Shown: positions 9,673 to 18,154, numbered from the stretch's first letter. The stretch: 26,748 bases of DNA from Chloroflexota bacterium (GCA_043797725.1 JAZDPM010000025.1:1-26748); one strand, 5' to 3'. Translations and numbers: made by a program. Notes: generated by a model not told the origin, from the sequence alone.

Positions 9673-10128
9673 TCAGGCGTGCCCGTCCGGGCGGGGCGCC
9701 GCCGCGGCGGCCGCCCGGGCCACGAGCGCCCGCTCGGTCCCGAACGTCAGGAGGGTCGGGGCCTCCACGAAGGGAACCCAGCGGACCTCGTCGAACTCGT
9801 GGTCGTGGCGGTCGAGGTCGCCGCCGACCGGCTCCATGAGCCAGTAGTGGACCGTCTTGTGGATGCGGGCGCCACCCTGCACGAACCAGTACTCGATCGC
9901 CTCGAGCGGGGCGAGGAGACGCACCTGGAGCCCGGTCTCCTCGGCAACCTCCCGGAGGGCGGTCTCCTCGAGCGTCTCCTGCGGGTTCGGGGTTCCCTTG
10001 GGGAGGGTCCAGGTGACGCCGTCGCGCTGGCGGCGGCGGCGGCCGGCGACGAGGTGCGGGACGCCGTCGATGGACCGGATGACGATCCCGCCGGCGGAGG
10101 TGGCCGTCGCGCGCTTCAGCCGCGCCAC
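9673..10128 (-). CDS. Nudix hydrolase (Ap4A hydrolase/MutT1-like); GTG start at 10128 preferred
   Basis: SAGGIV, WTLPKG and a complete Nudix box GTPNPQETLEETALREVAEETGL. The Arg/Pro-rich extension to 10257 in the ORF track overlaps another plausible gene. Confidence 0.88.
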   Translation of the reverse strand: MARLKRATATSAGGIVIRSIDGVPHLVAGRRRRQRDGVTWTLPKGTPNPQETLEETALREVAEETGLQVRLLAPLEAIEYWFVQGGARIHKTVHYWLMEPVGGDLDRHDHEFDEVRWVPFVEAPTLLTFGTERALVARAAAAAAPRPDGHA

Positions 10129-10439
10129 GGCGCCGTCGCGGCACGCGGCCGGCGACCGTTGGCGCGGGCGCCGAGCTTCGCCCATCGGACGGGCGCGTGC
10201 GGGCCCGCGAGGCCGGCGGACGACCGGTGCTCCGGGACGGACGCCACGGCCCGCCACTCCGAGCGCACGAGGGCGACGGGGCCCAGCTCCGGCCGCCGGA
10301 GCAGCGTGGGGCGGTCCGCGGCCGCGCGGAAACGGACGTGACGATCCAGGCCGAGGCGGGACCCGCGCGCCCGGGGCGGGACGGTCGCGAAGCGGGCGAC
10401 GGGACGGGCGGCATAGCGGGCCACGATGCTGCGCTGCAT
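10116..10439 (-). CDS. Hypothetical 107-aa Arg-rich protein, probably translated from a leaderless mRNA
   Basis: ATG lies 7 nt downstream of a TACGAT -10 box. Nearly all codons end in G/C, matching host usage. It fills the gap between the PanG-like and Nudix genes and overlaps the Nudix start by 13 nt. No family recognised. Confidence 0.6.
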   Translation of the reverse strand: MQRSIVARYAARPVARFATVPPRARGSRLGLDRHVRFRAAADRPTLLRRPELGPVALVRSEWRAVASVPEHRSSAGLAGPHAPVRWAKLGARANGRRPRAATAPWRG

Positions 10440-10445
10440 AGCCAG

Positions 10446-10474
10446 ATCGTACCGCGTTACCAGGACTTTGTGAA
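10446..10474 (-). promoter_or_regulatory. Putative sigma-70 promoter TTCACA-N17-TACGAT for the orf107-nudix-gcv operon
   Basis: Minus strand: TTCACA 10474-10469, 17-nt spacer, TACGAT 10451-10446. The predicted +1 at about 10439 is the A of the ATG. Confidence 0.6.
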
Positions 10475-11500
10475 CGCTGCGCGCAGCCGGGTCGCAGCTT
10501 CCGGTGCGAGGCCGCGCCGCCTCTCGGCGAGGGTCACCTGGCGGCGGCCGAGGGCGCGGTAGACGTCGACCGCCTCCTCCCCCGCCCCGGCGACCGCCGC
10601 GAGGTGGGCCTCGATCGTGCCGGCGTCGCCGCGGACGGCCGGTCCGGTCAGGGCAGGGCCCGTTCCCAGCGCTCGCGCGTTGGCCAGGGCCTGCGCGGCG
10701 AGCGGGCCGTAGACGGCGAGGGCGCCCGCCTCGTCAAGGCCCGTCGGCGCGGCGACGGCAGCCACGACGTCGAGGAGCGCCGTGAGGCCGCCGGCAGCGA
10801 GGACGGCGGCGGCGTGGTAAGCGGCCTTGGAGCCAGGTGCCAGGCGGACCGGTGCCGCGCCGAGCGAGGTCGCCATCTCCGCGAGAAGGTCGAGCAGCCC
10901 CTCGTCTCCCTCGATGGCCACGGTGGCCCCGGGGAGGGCGGCCAGGGCCCGGTCCAGGTCGGCGAAGGCCACGAGCGGATGGAAGGAGCCGGCGTTCGTG
11001 CCCGCCGCCAGCGCCGGCGCGAGGATGCCGGCGCCGTGGACGCCGCTCGTATGGACGATTGCCTGGCCCGAGTAGAGGTGCAGCGTTCGGGCGACCTCGG
11101 CGAGCCTGTCGTCCGGCACGGCGAGGATCACGAGATGGCACTCGTCGAGGATCGAGGCCGCCTCGGGGAACGCCCGCGACCCGGGCACCAGCGACCGGAA
11201 CCGGGCCCGGCGCCCCGGATCGCGGCTGGCGACCGCGCCGACCTGCCAGCCGGCGCGGCTGAGAGCGACGCCGAGGGCCGTCCCGACGGCGCCGGCGCCG
11301 ACGATCCCGATCACCGGCCGGCCGTCGTCGGCGGGCCCGACGTGCGGGTGGGCGTGCGCTTCCAGGTGGACCTCGTCCCCGTGGCGGTGGGCCCCCGGCG
11401 GCAGCGGCGCCGCGCCGGCGGCCGCGCGCCGCCGAACCTCCTCCATGGTCGCCGGGTCACCCGGGGGCGGCGTCGCCGGCTCCCTGCGCCAGGACCGCAT
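10457..11500 (-). CDS. Rossmann-like + DUF2520 domain oxidoreductase (PanG-like alternative ketopantoate reductase candidate)
   Basis: IGIVGAGAVGTAL dinucleotide-binding motif, LVILAVPDD, AIVHTSG, GSFHPL, YHAAAVLA, LTGPAVRGD. ATG 11500 is preceded by GGAGAG. PanG function is inferred from the domain family only. Confidence 0.8.
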   Translation of the reverse strand: MRSWRREPATPPPGDPATMEEVRRRAAAGAAPLPPGAHRHGDEVHLEAHAHPHVGPADDGRPVIGIVGAGAVGTALGVALSRAGWQVGAVASRDPGRRARFRSLVPGSRAFPEAASILDECHLVILAVPDDRLAEVARTLHLYSGQAIVHTSGVHGAGILAPALAAGTNAGSFHPLVAFADLDRALAALPGATVAIEGDEGLLDLLAEMATSLGAAPVRLAPGSKAAYHAAAVLAAGGLTALLDVVAAVAAPTGLDEAGALAVYGPLAAQALANARALGTGPALTGPAVRGDAGTIEAHLAAVAGAGEEAVDVYRALGRRQVTLAERRRGLAPEAATRLRAAFTKSW

Positions 11501-11584
11501 CGTTGCTCTCCACGCTACTCTTGGGCCCACAGCGTAGCGCTACAGGCGGCCCGCCCGCCGCCCCGAGCCAGCGAGGATCACCCT

Positions 11585-14254
11585 GTGCCGATCCGCGATC
11601 CGTTCGGCGCCCGAGCCAGCCTCGGCCCGGGCCTCCCCGACTGCTACCGCCTGGCGGCGCTCGACGGCGGACCGGATCTCGGGCAGACGCCGGTCACGGT
11701 GAAGATCCTCCTCGAGAACGTCCTCCGCCACGCGGGCGGCGGCGTCGTCGGCGAGGCCGACGTGCGCCTTCTCGCGGGCTGGCGCCCCGGGTCCGGCGTA
11801 GAGGCCGAGATCCCGTTCATGCCGGCCCGGGTCATCCTCCAGGACTTCACCGGCGTCCCCGCGGTCGTCGACCTCGCGGCGATGCGCGACGCGCTGGCGG
11901 AGCTCGGCGGCGACCCCGGACGCGTCAACCCGCTCGTCCCGGCCGACCTCGTGATCGACCACTCGGTCCAGGTCGACCGCTCCGGGACGACCGACGCCTT
12001 CGCCTTCAACGTCGCCCGCGAGTACGAGCGGAACGGCGAGCGGTACCAGCTCCTGCGCTGGGCGCAGCGCGCCTTCCGGGGCCTGCGGGTCGTCCCGCCC
12101 GGCACCGGGATCGTCCACCAGGTGAACCTCGAGTTCCTGGCCACGGTCGTCACGACGGCCGAGGTGGACGGCGGCCCGGTCGCCTTCCCGGACACGCTCG
12201 TCGGGACCGATTCCCACACGACGATGGTCAACGCCCTGGGCGTCCTGGGCTACGGAGTCGGGGGGATCGAGGCCGAGGCGGTCCTCCTCGGCCAGCCGCT
12301 CCACCAGCCGTGGCCGCGCGTCGTCGGCGTCCGCCTCTCCGGCGAGCTGCCGCGGGGCGCCACTGCGACCGACCTCGTGCTCGTCGTCACCGAGCGGCTG
12401 CGGAGGCTCGGCGTCGTGGGCTCGTTCGTGGAGTTCGCCGGCGACGGCCTGGCGGGGCTCGCCCTGGCGGACCGGGCGACGATCAGCAACATGAGCCCCG
12501 AGTTCGGGGCGACGACGACCCTCTTCCCTGTCGACGACGAGACGCTCGCCTACCTGCGCCTGACGGGTCGTCCCGAGGAGCGGGTGCGCCTCGTGGAGCG
12601 CTACGCGAAGGAGCAGGGCCTGTGGCGCCGGCCGGGCGCCGGCCCGGACTTCGACGTCGTCGTCGAGCTCGACCTCGGCGCCGTCGAGCCCAGTCTCGCC
12701 GGTCCACGGCGGCCCCAGGATCGCGTGCCGCTTTCCGCTACCCGCGCCAGCTTCGAGGCTGCATACCCGGGGATCCTCCCGGCCTCCAACGCGCCGGCGG
12801 CACCCGGCGCGGTCCGCAACGGCTCCGTCGTCATCGCCGCGATCACCTCGTGCACGAACACCTCGAACCCGACCGTCATGATCGGGGCGGGCCTCCTCGC
12901 CCAGAGGGCGGTCGCCCGCGGCCTGCGGGTCCCGACAACCGTGAAGACGTCGCTGGCGCCCGGCTCCAAGGCCGTGACCGCCTACCTGGAGCGGGCCGGC
13001 CTGGCCGCCCCCCTCGCGGCCCTCGGCTTCACCCTCGTGGGGTACGGCTGCACGACCTGCATCGGCAACTCGGGACCGCTCGACGAGGCCGTCGCCCGCC
13101 AGGTCGAGGACGAGGGGCTCGTCGCGACGGCGGTTCTCTCCGGCAACCGCAACTTCGAGGGCCGGATCCACCCCCTGGCCCGGGCCAGCTACCTCGCCTC
13201 GCCCCCGCTCGTCGTCGCCTTCGCCCTGGCCGGGCGGATCGACGTCGACCTCTCGCGGGAGCCGCTGGGGATCGATGACGATGGCCGCCCCGTCTTCCTC
13301 GCGGACCTCTGGCCCTCCGCCGAGGAGATCCGCGAGGTCATCGCGGGGGCGATCGACGGCGAGCTCTTCCGGTCGACCTACGCGTCCGTCTTCGAGGGCG
13401 ACGAGCGCTGGCGGGCGCTGCCGATCCCCGACGGCGATCGCTACGCCTGGGATGCGCGGTCGACCTACGTCGCCAGTCCGCCCTTCTTCGCGGGGATGGG
13501 CATGGTGCCGGCGGCGGTCACCGACGTCGCGGGTGCCCGTGTCCTGGCCTGGCTCGGCGACTCGGTGACTACGGACCACATCTCGCCGGCGGGCTCGATT
13601 CCGGCCTGGTCGCCGGCGGGCAGCTGGCTCCAGGAGCACGGCGTGGCGCCGGTCGACTTCAACTCGTACGGGGCCCGGCGCGGCCATCACGAGGTGATGA
13701 TGCGAGGCACCTTCGGGAGCATCCGCCTGCGCAACGTGCTGGCCGAGGGGAAGGAGGGCCCGTTCACGCGGATCCTGCCGTCCGGCGAGGAGGCCTTCCT
13801 GTACGACGCCGCGATGGCCTACCAGGCGGCCGGCGTCCCGGCCATCGTCCTCGCCGGCCGCGAGTACGGCTCCGGCTCCTCGCGCGACTGGGCGGCGAAG
13901 GGGGTGCGCCTGCTCGGCATCCGGGCGGTCATCGCCGAGAGCTACGAGCGAATCCACCGCTCGAACCTGGTGGGGATGGGCGTCCTGCCGCTCCAGTTCC
14001 TGCCCGGCGAGAGCGCCACGTCGCTGGGCCTCACGGGCCGCGAGGCGTACGCGATCGCCGGGCTGGCCGAGGGGCTCGCGCCCCGGGCCCGGCTCACCGT
14101 CGTGGCGACGGCCGACCCGGCCGACGGCGGCGGGGAGCGGCGCTTCACGGTGGACTGCCGCCTGGACGGCCCAATCGAGGTCGACTACTACCGGCAGGGC
14201 GGCATCCTGCCCTCGGTCCTGCGCCGGATCGCGCGGGAGAGCGGCGCGCCCTGA
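11585..14254 (+). CDS. acnA: Aconitate hydratase A (AcnA/IRP family), 889 aa
   Basis: GTG 11585 after GAGGA. PARVILQDFTGVPAVVDLAAMRDA, DLVIDHSVQVD, GIVHQVNLE, GTDSHTTM, Fe-S cysteines AITSCTNTSNP and GYGCTTCIGNSG, SGNRNFEGR, TTDHISPAG, RIHRSNLVGMG. Confidence 0.97.
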   Translation: MPIRDPFGARASLGPGLPDCYRLAALDGGPDLGQTPVTVKILLENVLRHAGGGVVGEADVRLLAGWRPGSGVEAEIPFMPARVILQDFTGVPAVVDLAAMRDALAELGGDPGRVNPLVPADLVIDHSVQVDRSGTTDAFAFNVAREYERNGERYQLLRWAQRAFRGLRVVPPGTGIVHQVNLEFLATVVTTAEVDGGPVAFPDTLVGTDSHTTMVNALGVLGYGVGGIEAEAVLLGQPLHQPWPRVVGVRLSGELPRGATATDLVLVVTERLRRLGVVGSFVEFAGDGLAGLALADRATISNMSPEFGATTTLFPVDDETLAYLRLTGRPEERVRLVERYAKEQGLWRRPGAGPDFDVVVELDLGAVEPSLAGPRRPQDRVPLSATRASFEAAYPGILPASNAPAAPGAVRNGSVVIAAITSCTNTSNPTVMIGAGLLAQRAVARGLRVPTTVKTSLAPGSKAVTAYLERAGLAAPLAALGFTLVGYGCTTCIGNSGPLDEAVARQVEDEGLVATAVLSGNRNFEGRIHPLARASYLASPPLVVAFALAGRIDVDLSREPLGIDDDGRPVFLADLWPSAEEIREVIAGAIDGELFRSTYASVFEGDERWRALPIPDGDRYAWDARSTYVASPPFFAGMGMVPAAVTDVAGARVLAWLGDSVTTDHISPAGSIPAWSPAGSWLQEHGVAPVDFNSYGARRGHHEVMMRGTFGSIRLRNVLAEGKEGPFTRILPSGEEAFLYDAAMAYQAAGVPAIVLAGREYGSGSSRDWAAKGVRLLGIRAVIAESYERIHRSNLVGMGVLPLQFLPGESATSLGLTGREAYAIAGLAEGLAPRARLTVVATADPADGGGERRFTVDCRLDGPIEVDYYRQGGILPSVLRRIARESGAP

Positions 14255-14274
14255 CCCGGGCGCCCCGGATGTTC

Positions 14275-14303
14275 CTGACGCGGGGGGCGTGGGCCGGTAC
14301 GAT
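14275..14303 (+). promoter_or_regulatory. Putative sigma-70 promoter CTGACG-N17-TACGAT
   Basis: CTGACG 14275-14280, 17-nt spacer, TACGAT 14298-14303. Same -10 hexamer as at 10446; places +1 near 14310, upstream of GTG 14352. Confidence 0.5.
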
Positions 14304-14351
14304 CCCTCGCGTCGCGTCACGACCCGGGCCCCCTTCTCGTCTTGCCGCTAC

Positions 14352-15287
14352 GTGAACACCCAGCCTCGTCCGCCCGTGCGCCACGGACCGCCCCGCCACC
14401 CCGCCACGGGGGGCGACGCCCTGTTCGCCCTCGGCGTCGCCGCGCTCGGCCTGGTCCTGGCCGGCGGCCTCCTCGCCGCCGGAGGCGGGTCATCGTTGCT
14501 GGACCGCATCCTGCCCGGCGGCAGCGCGACCGCCGGGCCGGTCCGGCCGAGCCCGAGCCCGAGTGCAGCCGCCGCGCCGGGGTCGCCGCGGTTCCCCGCC
14601 GTCACCCCGGTCGCCACGCCGCCGCCGTCACCGACCCCGGTGTCGACGAGCACCCCGACGCCGGCGCCGACCGGTCCCTTCACGATGAACCTCTACCGCG
14701 ACGGCGTCTTCGTCCACCAGGTCGACGACCAGACTTGCGTGGCCGCCGCGGCCCAGAACATGCTGAACGTCATCCGGTTGGTCGAGGAGGGCCAGGAGCC
14801 CGACTCGGGGACGGCCACGCAGCGGGCGCTCTACGACCGGATCGTCAAGCTGACCACGTGGGAGGACTCCCATAACGGCGGGACCGGGCCCGGCGGCTGG
14901 GCGGCCCTGCTCACCGAGGAGGGCTACCCGTACGAAGTCCGCGCGTACGAGTCCCGGCTGGCCGCGATGCGCGCTGCCGCTGCGGCGCTCCGGGCGACGA
15001 GCCGCCCGGTCGGCATCATTGCCTGGAAGGGGATCCATTCGTGGGTCATCACCGGCTTCAGAGCGACTGCCGACCCGGCCTTCACGATGCGCTTCGCCGT
15101 CACCGAGGCCTACGTCCTGGATCCGTGGTACCCGTGGATCTCGACGCGCTGGCCGCGCTCGGAGGCGCCGAACGAGCCCCGTGACGGGAAGGACCTCACG
15201 GCGAACATCCTGGCCTGGAACCTGCCCTCGGGCCCGTACGAGGGCCGGGACGGGATGTTCCTGCTGGTCGTGCCGGTCGACGGCTGA
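14352..15287 (+). CDS. Membrane-anchored papain-fold cysteine peptidase-like protein (C39-like), function unknown
   Basis: N-terminal TM (ALFALGVAALGLVLAGGLLAAG), Pro/Ser/Thr linker, then HQVDDQTCVAAAAQNML (Q..C), KGIHSWVITGF (His before a beta strand) and YVLDPW (Asp). This is the Cys-His-Asp order of C39-like enzymes. Confidence 0.65.
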   Translation: MNTQPRPPVRHGPPRHPATGGDALFALGVAALGLVLAGGLLAAGGGSSLLDRILPGGSATAGPVRPSPSPSAAAAPGSPRFPAVTPVATPPPSPTPVSTSTPTPAPTGPFTMNLYRDGVFVHQVDDQTCVAAAAQNMLNVIRLVEEGQEPDSGTATQRALYDRIVKLTTWEDSHNGGTGPGGWAALLTEEGYPYEVRAYESRLAAMRAAAAALRATSRPVGIIAWKGIHSWVITGFRATADPAFTMRFAVTEAYVLDPWYPWISTRWPRSEAPNEPRDGKDLTANILAWNLPSGPYEGRDGMFLLVVPVDG

Positions 15288-15320
15288 CGGTCCGGCCGCG
15301 CCGGTCGGGCAGCGTGGGCC

Positions 15321-15434
15321 TGTGACATGTGGCACCCTATCAGGGACCTCCGGTACTTGACCGAGGTCGGGGGTCATGGCGACGCTGGCCCCTGGTTGAC
15401 CCTCCGGTCCACGAGGCGAGGTGCAGGGTATGGT
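15321..15434 (+). promoter_or_regulatory. Upstream control region of the CODH/ACS operon with degenerate CRP/FNR-family-like palindromes and a TATGGT -10 candidate
   Basis: TGTGA-N6-GCACC (15321-15336), TTGAC-N4-GTCGG (15357-15370), TTGACC-N4-GGTCCA (15396-15411), TATGGT (15429-15434) with no good -35. All are imperfect matches. Confidence 0.3.
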
Positions 15435-15452
15435 CAGGCGCGGCGCCGGTCG

Positions 15453-16223
15453 ATGAAGATCGCGGTCTCGGGCAAGGGCGGGACGGGGAAGACCACGCTC
15501 GCCGCCCTCCTGGCCGTGGAGCTGCAGCGACGTGACTACCGGGTCACGGTCATCGACGCCGATCCCAACCCCACCCTGGCCGCGGCCCTCGGCTTTCCCC
15601 CGGCGCCGGTGACCCCGCTCCTCGAGATGAGCGAAGAGATCGAGGAGCGGATCGGCGGCAGCGGCGGCTTCATCCGCCTGAACCCCCGGGTCGACGACCT
15701 GGTGGGCCGCGTCGCCGCCACCCATGACGGCATCCACCTGATCGTGGCCGGGGGCATCACCCACGGCGGCGCGGGCTGCGCATGCCCGCAGAGCGTGCTC
15801 CTGCGCCGGGTCCTGGAGCATGTCGTGATGGAGCTCGACGAGGCCGTCATAATCGACCTCGAAGCCGGCCTCGAGCACCTCGGCCGGCGGAGCGCCCACG
15901 AGGTGGACGCGATGCTGGTGGTGGTCGATCCCAGCCGGGCCGGCATCGAGACCGCCCGGCGCGTCCGGCGCCTCGCGGCCGAGATCGGCGTGGACCGTGT
16001 GCTGGCGGTCGGGAACCGGGTTCGGGGACCGGCCGACGTGGAGTATCTCGCCACGCAGCTCGACGGGCTCGAACTCGTCGGCACCATCCCCTACAGCGAC
16101 GACGTGATCGCAGCAGAACGAGCCGGCCGACCGGTGACCAGGATCGAGGGCGAGCTGCCCGCGGCGGTCGCCCGGCTCACCGACGCCCTGGTAGTGATGA
16201 CGAAAGTGCAGGTTAGACCGTGA
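15453..16223 (+). CDS. cooC: CODH nickel-insertion ATPase CooC (CooC1)
   Basis: True start MKIAVSGKGGTGKTT (deviant Walker A), IDADPNP, metal-binding CxC in GAGCACP, IIDLEAGLEHLGR, VGNRVR. GTGA overlap with cooS. Confidence 0.93.
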   Translation: MKIAVSGKGGTGKTTLAALLAVELQRRDYRVTVIDADPNPTLAAALGFPPAPVTPLLEMSEEIEERIGGSGGFIRLNPRVDDLVGRVAATHDGIHLIVAGGITHGGAGCACPQSVLLRRVLEHVVMELDEAVIIDLEAGLEHLGRRSAHEVDAMLVVVDPSRAGIETARRVRRLAAEIGVDRVLAVGNRVRGPADVEYLATQLDGLELVGTIPYSDDVIAAERAGRPVTRIEGELPAAVARLTDALVVMTKVQVRP

Positions 16224-18154
16224 GTGAGACCGCAGCGCCCCCGTCCCGCACGGACCCCGCAAGCGTCGAGATGCGCGAGCGAGCCAGGGCCCAGGGCATC
16301 GCCACCATCTGGGATCGCTACGCCGCCCTGGGAACCCAGTGCAAGGTCGGCGAGCTGGGCATCTGCTGCACCGTCTGCCATCTCGGGCCGTGCAACCTCG
16401 GCCTGCCCGGGAGCAAGCGGCCCCAGATCGGCGTCTGCGGCGCGAACGTCGACACGGTCGCCTCCCGCCGCCTGGCGCGCGACATGGCGGCCGGGTCGGC
16501 GGCCCACTCGGACCACGGTCGGTCGGTGGCCCACCTTCTTCTCCAGGCCGCCCGGGGCGAGGCACCCGGGTACGGCGTGCGCGACGAGCGCAAGCTGCGC
16601 ACCCTGGCCGGCGAGCTCGGTATCCCGGTCAAGGACCGGAGCGTGGACCAGATCGCCGAGGGCGTCGCCGAGTCCTGCCTGGCCCAGTTCGGCCAGCAGG
16701 AGGGAGCCCTGGCGTTCGTCAGCCGGGCGCCGGCCAAGCAGCAGGAGAACTGGCGCAAGCTCGGCATCACCCCCCGCGGCGTCGACCGCGAGATCGTGGA
16801 GGTCATGCACCGGACCAACATGGGGGTCGACACCGAGTACCGCAGCCTGATCCTGTCCGGCATGCGCAGCGCCCTGGCCGACGGCTGGGGCGGCTCGATG
16901 GTCGCCACCGACCTCCAGGACGTCCTGTTCGGCACGCCCAAGCCGATCCGGGCCCAGATGAACCTGGGCGTCCTGCGCCAGGACCAGGTGAACATCCTCG
17001 TCCACGGGCACGAGCCCGCGCTGGCCGAGGCGATCGTCGATGCCGCCGCCGACCCCGCCCTCCTCGCCCAGGCGGCCGAGCTGGGCGCCACCGGGATCAA
17101 CGTCGCCGGCATCTGCTGCACCGCCAACGAGGTGCTGATGCGACGCGGCATCCCGATCGCCGGCAACTTCCTGCAGCAGGAGCTGGCCATCATCAGCGGC
17201 GCCGTCGAGGCGCTCCTGGTGGACGTCCAGTGCATCATGCCCGGGATCGTGCAGGTGGCCGGCTGCTTCCACACCGAGGTCATCGCGACGTCGACCCGCG
17301 CCCAGTTCCCGGGGACCATCCCGATGGAGGTCACGGAGGACCGGGCGCCGGAGGCGGCCCGGGAGATCGTCGGCCGGGCGGTCGCGAGCTTCGCCCGCCG
17401 CGACCCGTCACGGGTCATGATCCCGGACCACAAGATGGACGTGGTCGCGGGCTTCACCACCGAGTCGATCACCCACATGCTCGGCGGTACCTACCGGGGC
17501 GGCTACCGGCCGCTGAACGACGGGATCATCTCCGGCCGCATCCGCGGGGTCGTCGGCGTGGTCGGCTGCGACAGCCCCAAGCAGGTCCAGGACCAGGGGC
17601 ACCTGGACACCGTCTACGAGCTGCTCCGCAACGATGTGCTCGTGGCCCAGACCGGCTGCTCGGCCATCGCCTGCGGCAAGGCGGGCCTGCTCCGGCCCGA
17701 GGCCGCCTTCGAGCACGCCGGGCGCGGGCTCCAGGAGATCTGCGAGGCCGTCGGCATCCCGCCGGTCCTCCACGTGGGCTCGTGCGTCGACAACAGCCGG
17801 ATCCTGACCGTCGCGATGGAGATGGTCCGCGAGGGCGGCATCGGCCGCGACTTCTCCGAGCTGCCGATCGCCGCGGCGGCGCCCGGCTGGTGGTCGGAGA
17901 AGGCGATCACGATCGGGTTCTACGCGGTCGCCTCGGGCATCACCACGGTCCTCGGCTCACCGTTCAACATCCTCGGCAGCGAAGCCGTCACCCGCTTCGT
18001 GACCGACGAGATCGAGAGCCTGACCGGCGGCCGGTTCGCCTTCGAGACGGACCCGCTGAAGGCCGCCCAGCTGATCGTGGCGCATCTCGACCGAAAGCGG
18101 GAGGCGCTCAAGCTGCGACCCATGATGTACGACGCCCTGCCGGCGATCGCCTAG
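16220..18154 (+). CDS. cooS: Anaerobic Ni,Fe carbon monoxide dehydrogenase catalytic subunit (CooS/AcsA)
   Basis: D/B clusters CKVGELGICCTVCHLGPC...GVCGA; His tunnel AAHSDHG; C-cluster ligands HGHEP, GICCTANE, DVQC, VGCDS, TGCS, GSCVDNSR; catalytic Lys in SEKA. Confidence 0.97.
   Translation: MSETAAPPSRTDPASVEMRERARAQGIATIWDRYAALGTQCKVGELGICCTVCHLGPCNLGLPGSKRPQIGVCGANVDTVASRRLARDMAAGSAAHSDHGRSVAHLLLQAARGEAPGYGVRDERKLRTLAGELGIPVKDRSVDQIAEGVAESCLAQFGQQEGALAFVSRAPAKQQENWRKLGITPRGVDREIVEVMHRTNMGVDTEYRSLILSGMRSALADGWGGSMVATDLQDVLFGTPKPIRAQMNLGVLRQDQVNILVHGHEPALAEAIVDAAADPALLAQAAELGATGINVAGICCTANEVLMRRGIPIAGNFLQQELAIISGAVEALLVDVQCIMPGIVQVAGCFHTEVIATSTRAQFPGTIPMEVTEDRAPEAAREIVGRAVASFARRDPSRVMIPDHKMDVVAGFTTESITHMLGGTYRGGYRPLNDGIISGRIRGVVGVVGCDSPKQVQDQGHLDTVYELLRNDVLVAQTGCSAIACGKAGLLRPEAAFEHAGRGLQEICEAVGIPPVLHVGSCVDNSRILTVAMEMVREGGIGRDFSELPIAAAAPGWWSEKAITIGFYAVASGITTVLGSPFNILGSEAVTRFVTDEIESLTGGRFAFETDPLKAAQLIVAHLDRKREALKLRPMMYDALPAIA

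Noticed and set aside
9657-10456. Glycine riboswitch expected upstream of gcvT
   Set aside because: No GGAGA...CCGAAG...CTCTCAGG aptamer pattern was found, and the space is occupied by two ORFs.
11534-11543. Palindrome GTAGCGCTAC in the divergent panG-like/acnA spacer (LacI-operator-like)
   Set aside because: Only 10 bp, a single copy, and no LacI-family gene in the window; too weak to call.
10604-11584. Apparent 327-aa N-terminal extension of aconitase, and similar extensions on oppA, gcvPB, gcvH, cooC1 and acsD
   Set aside because: The extensions overlap other genes or promoters and are low-complexity. Family-typical N-termini, most with an RBS or a stop-start overlap, lie downstream.
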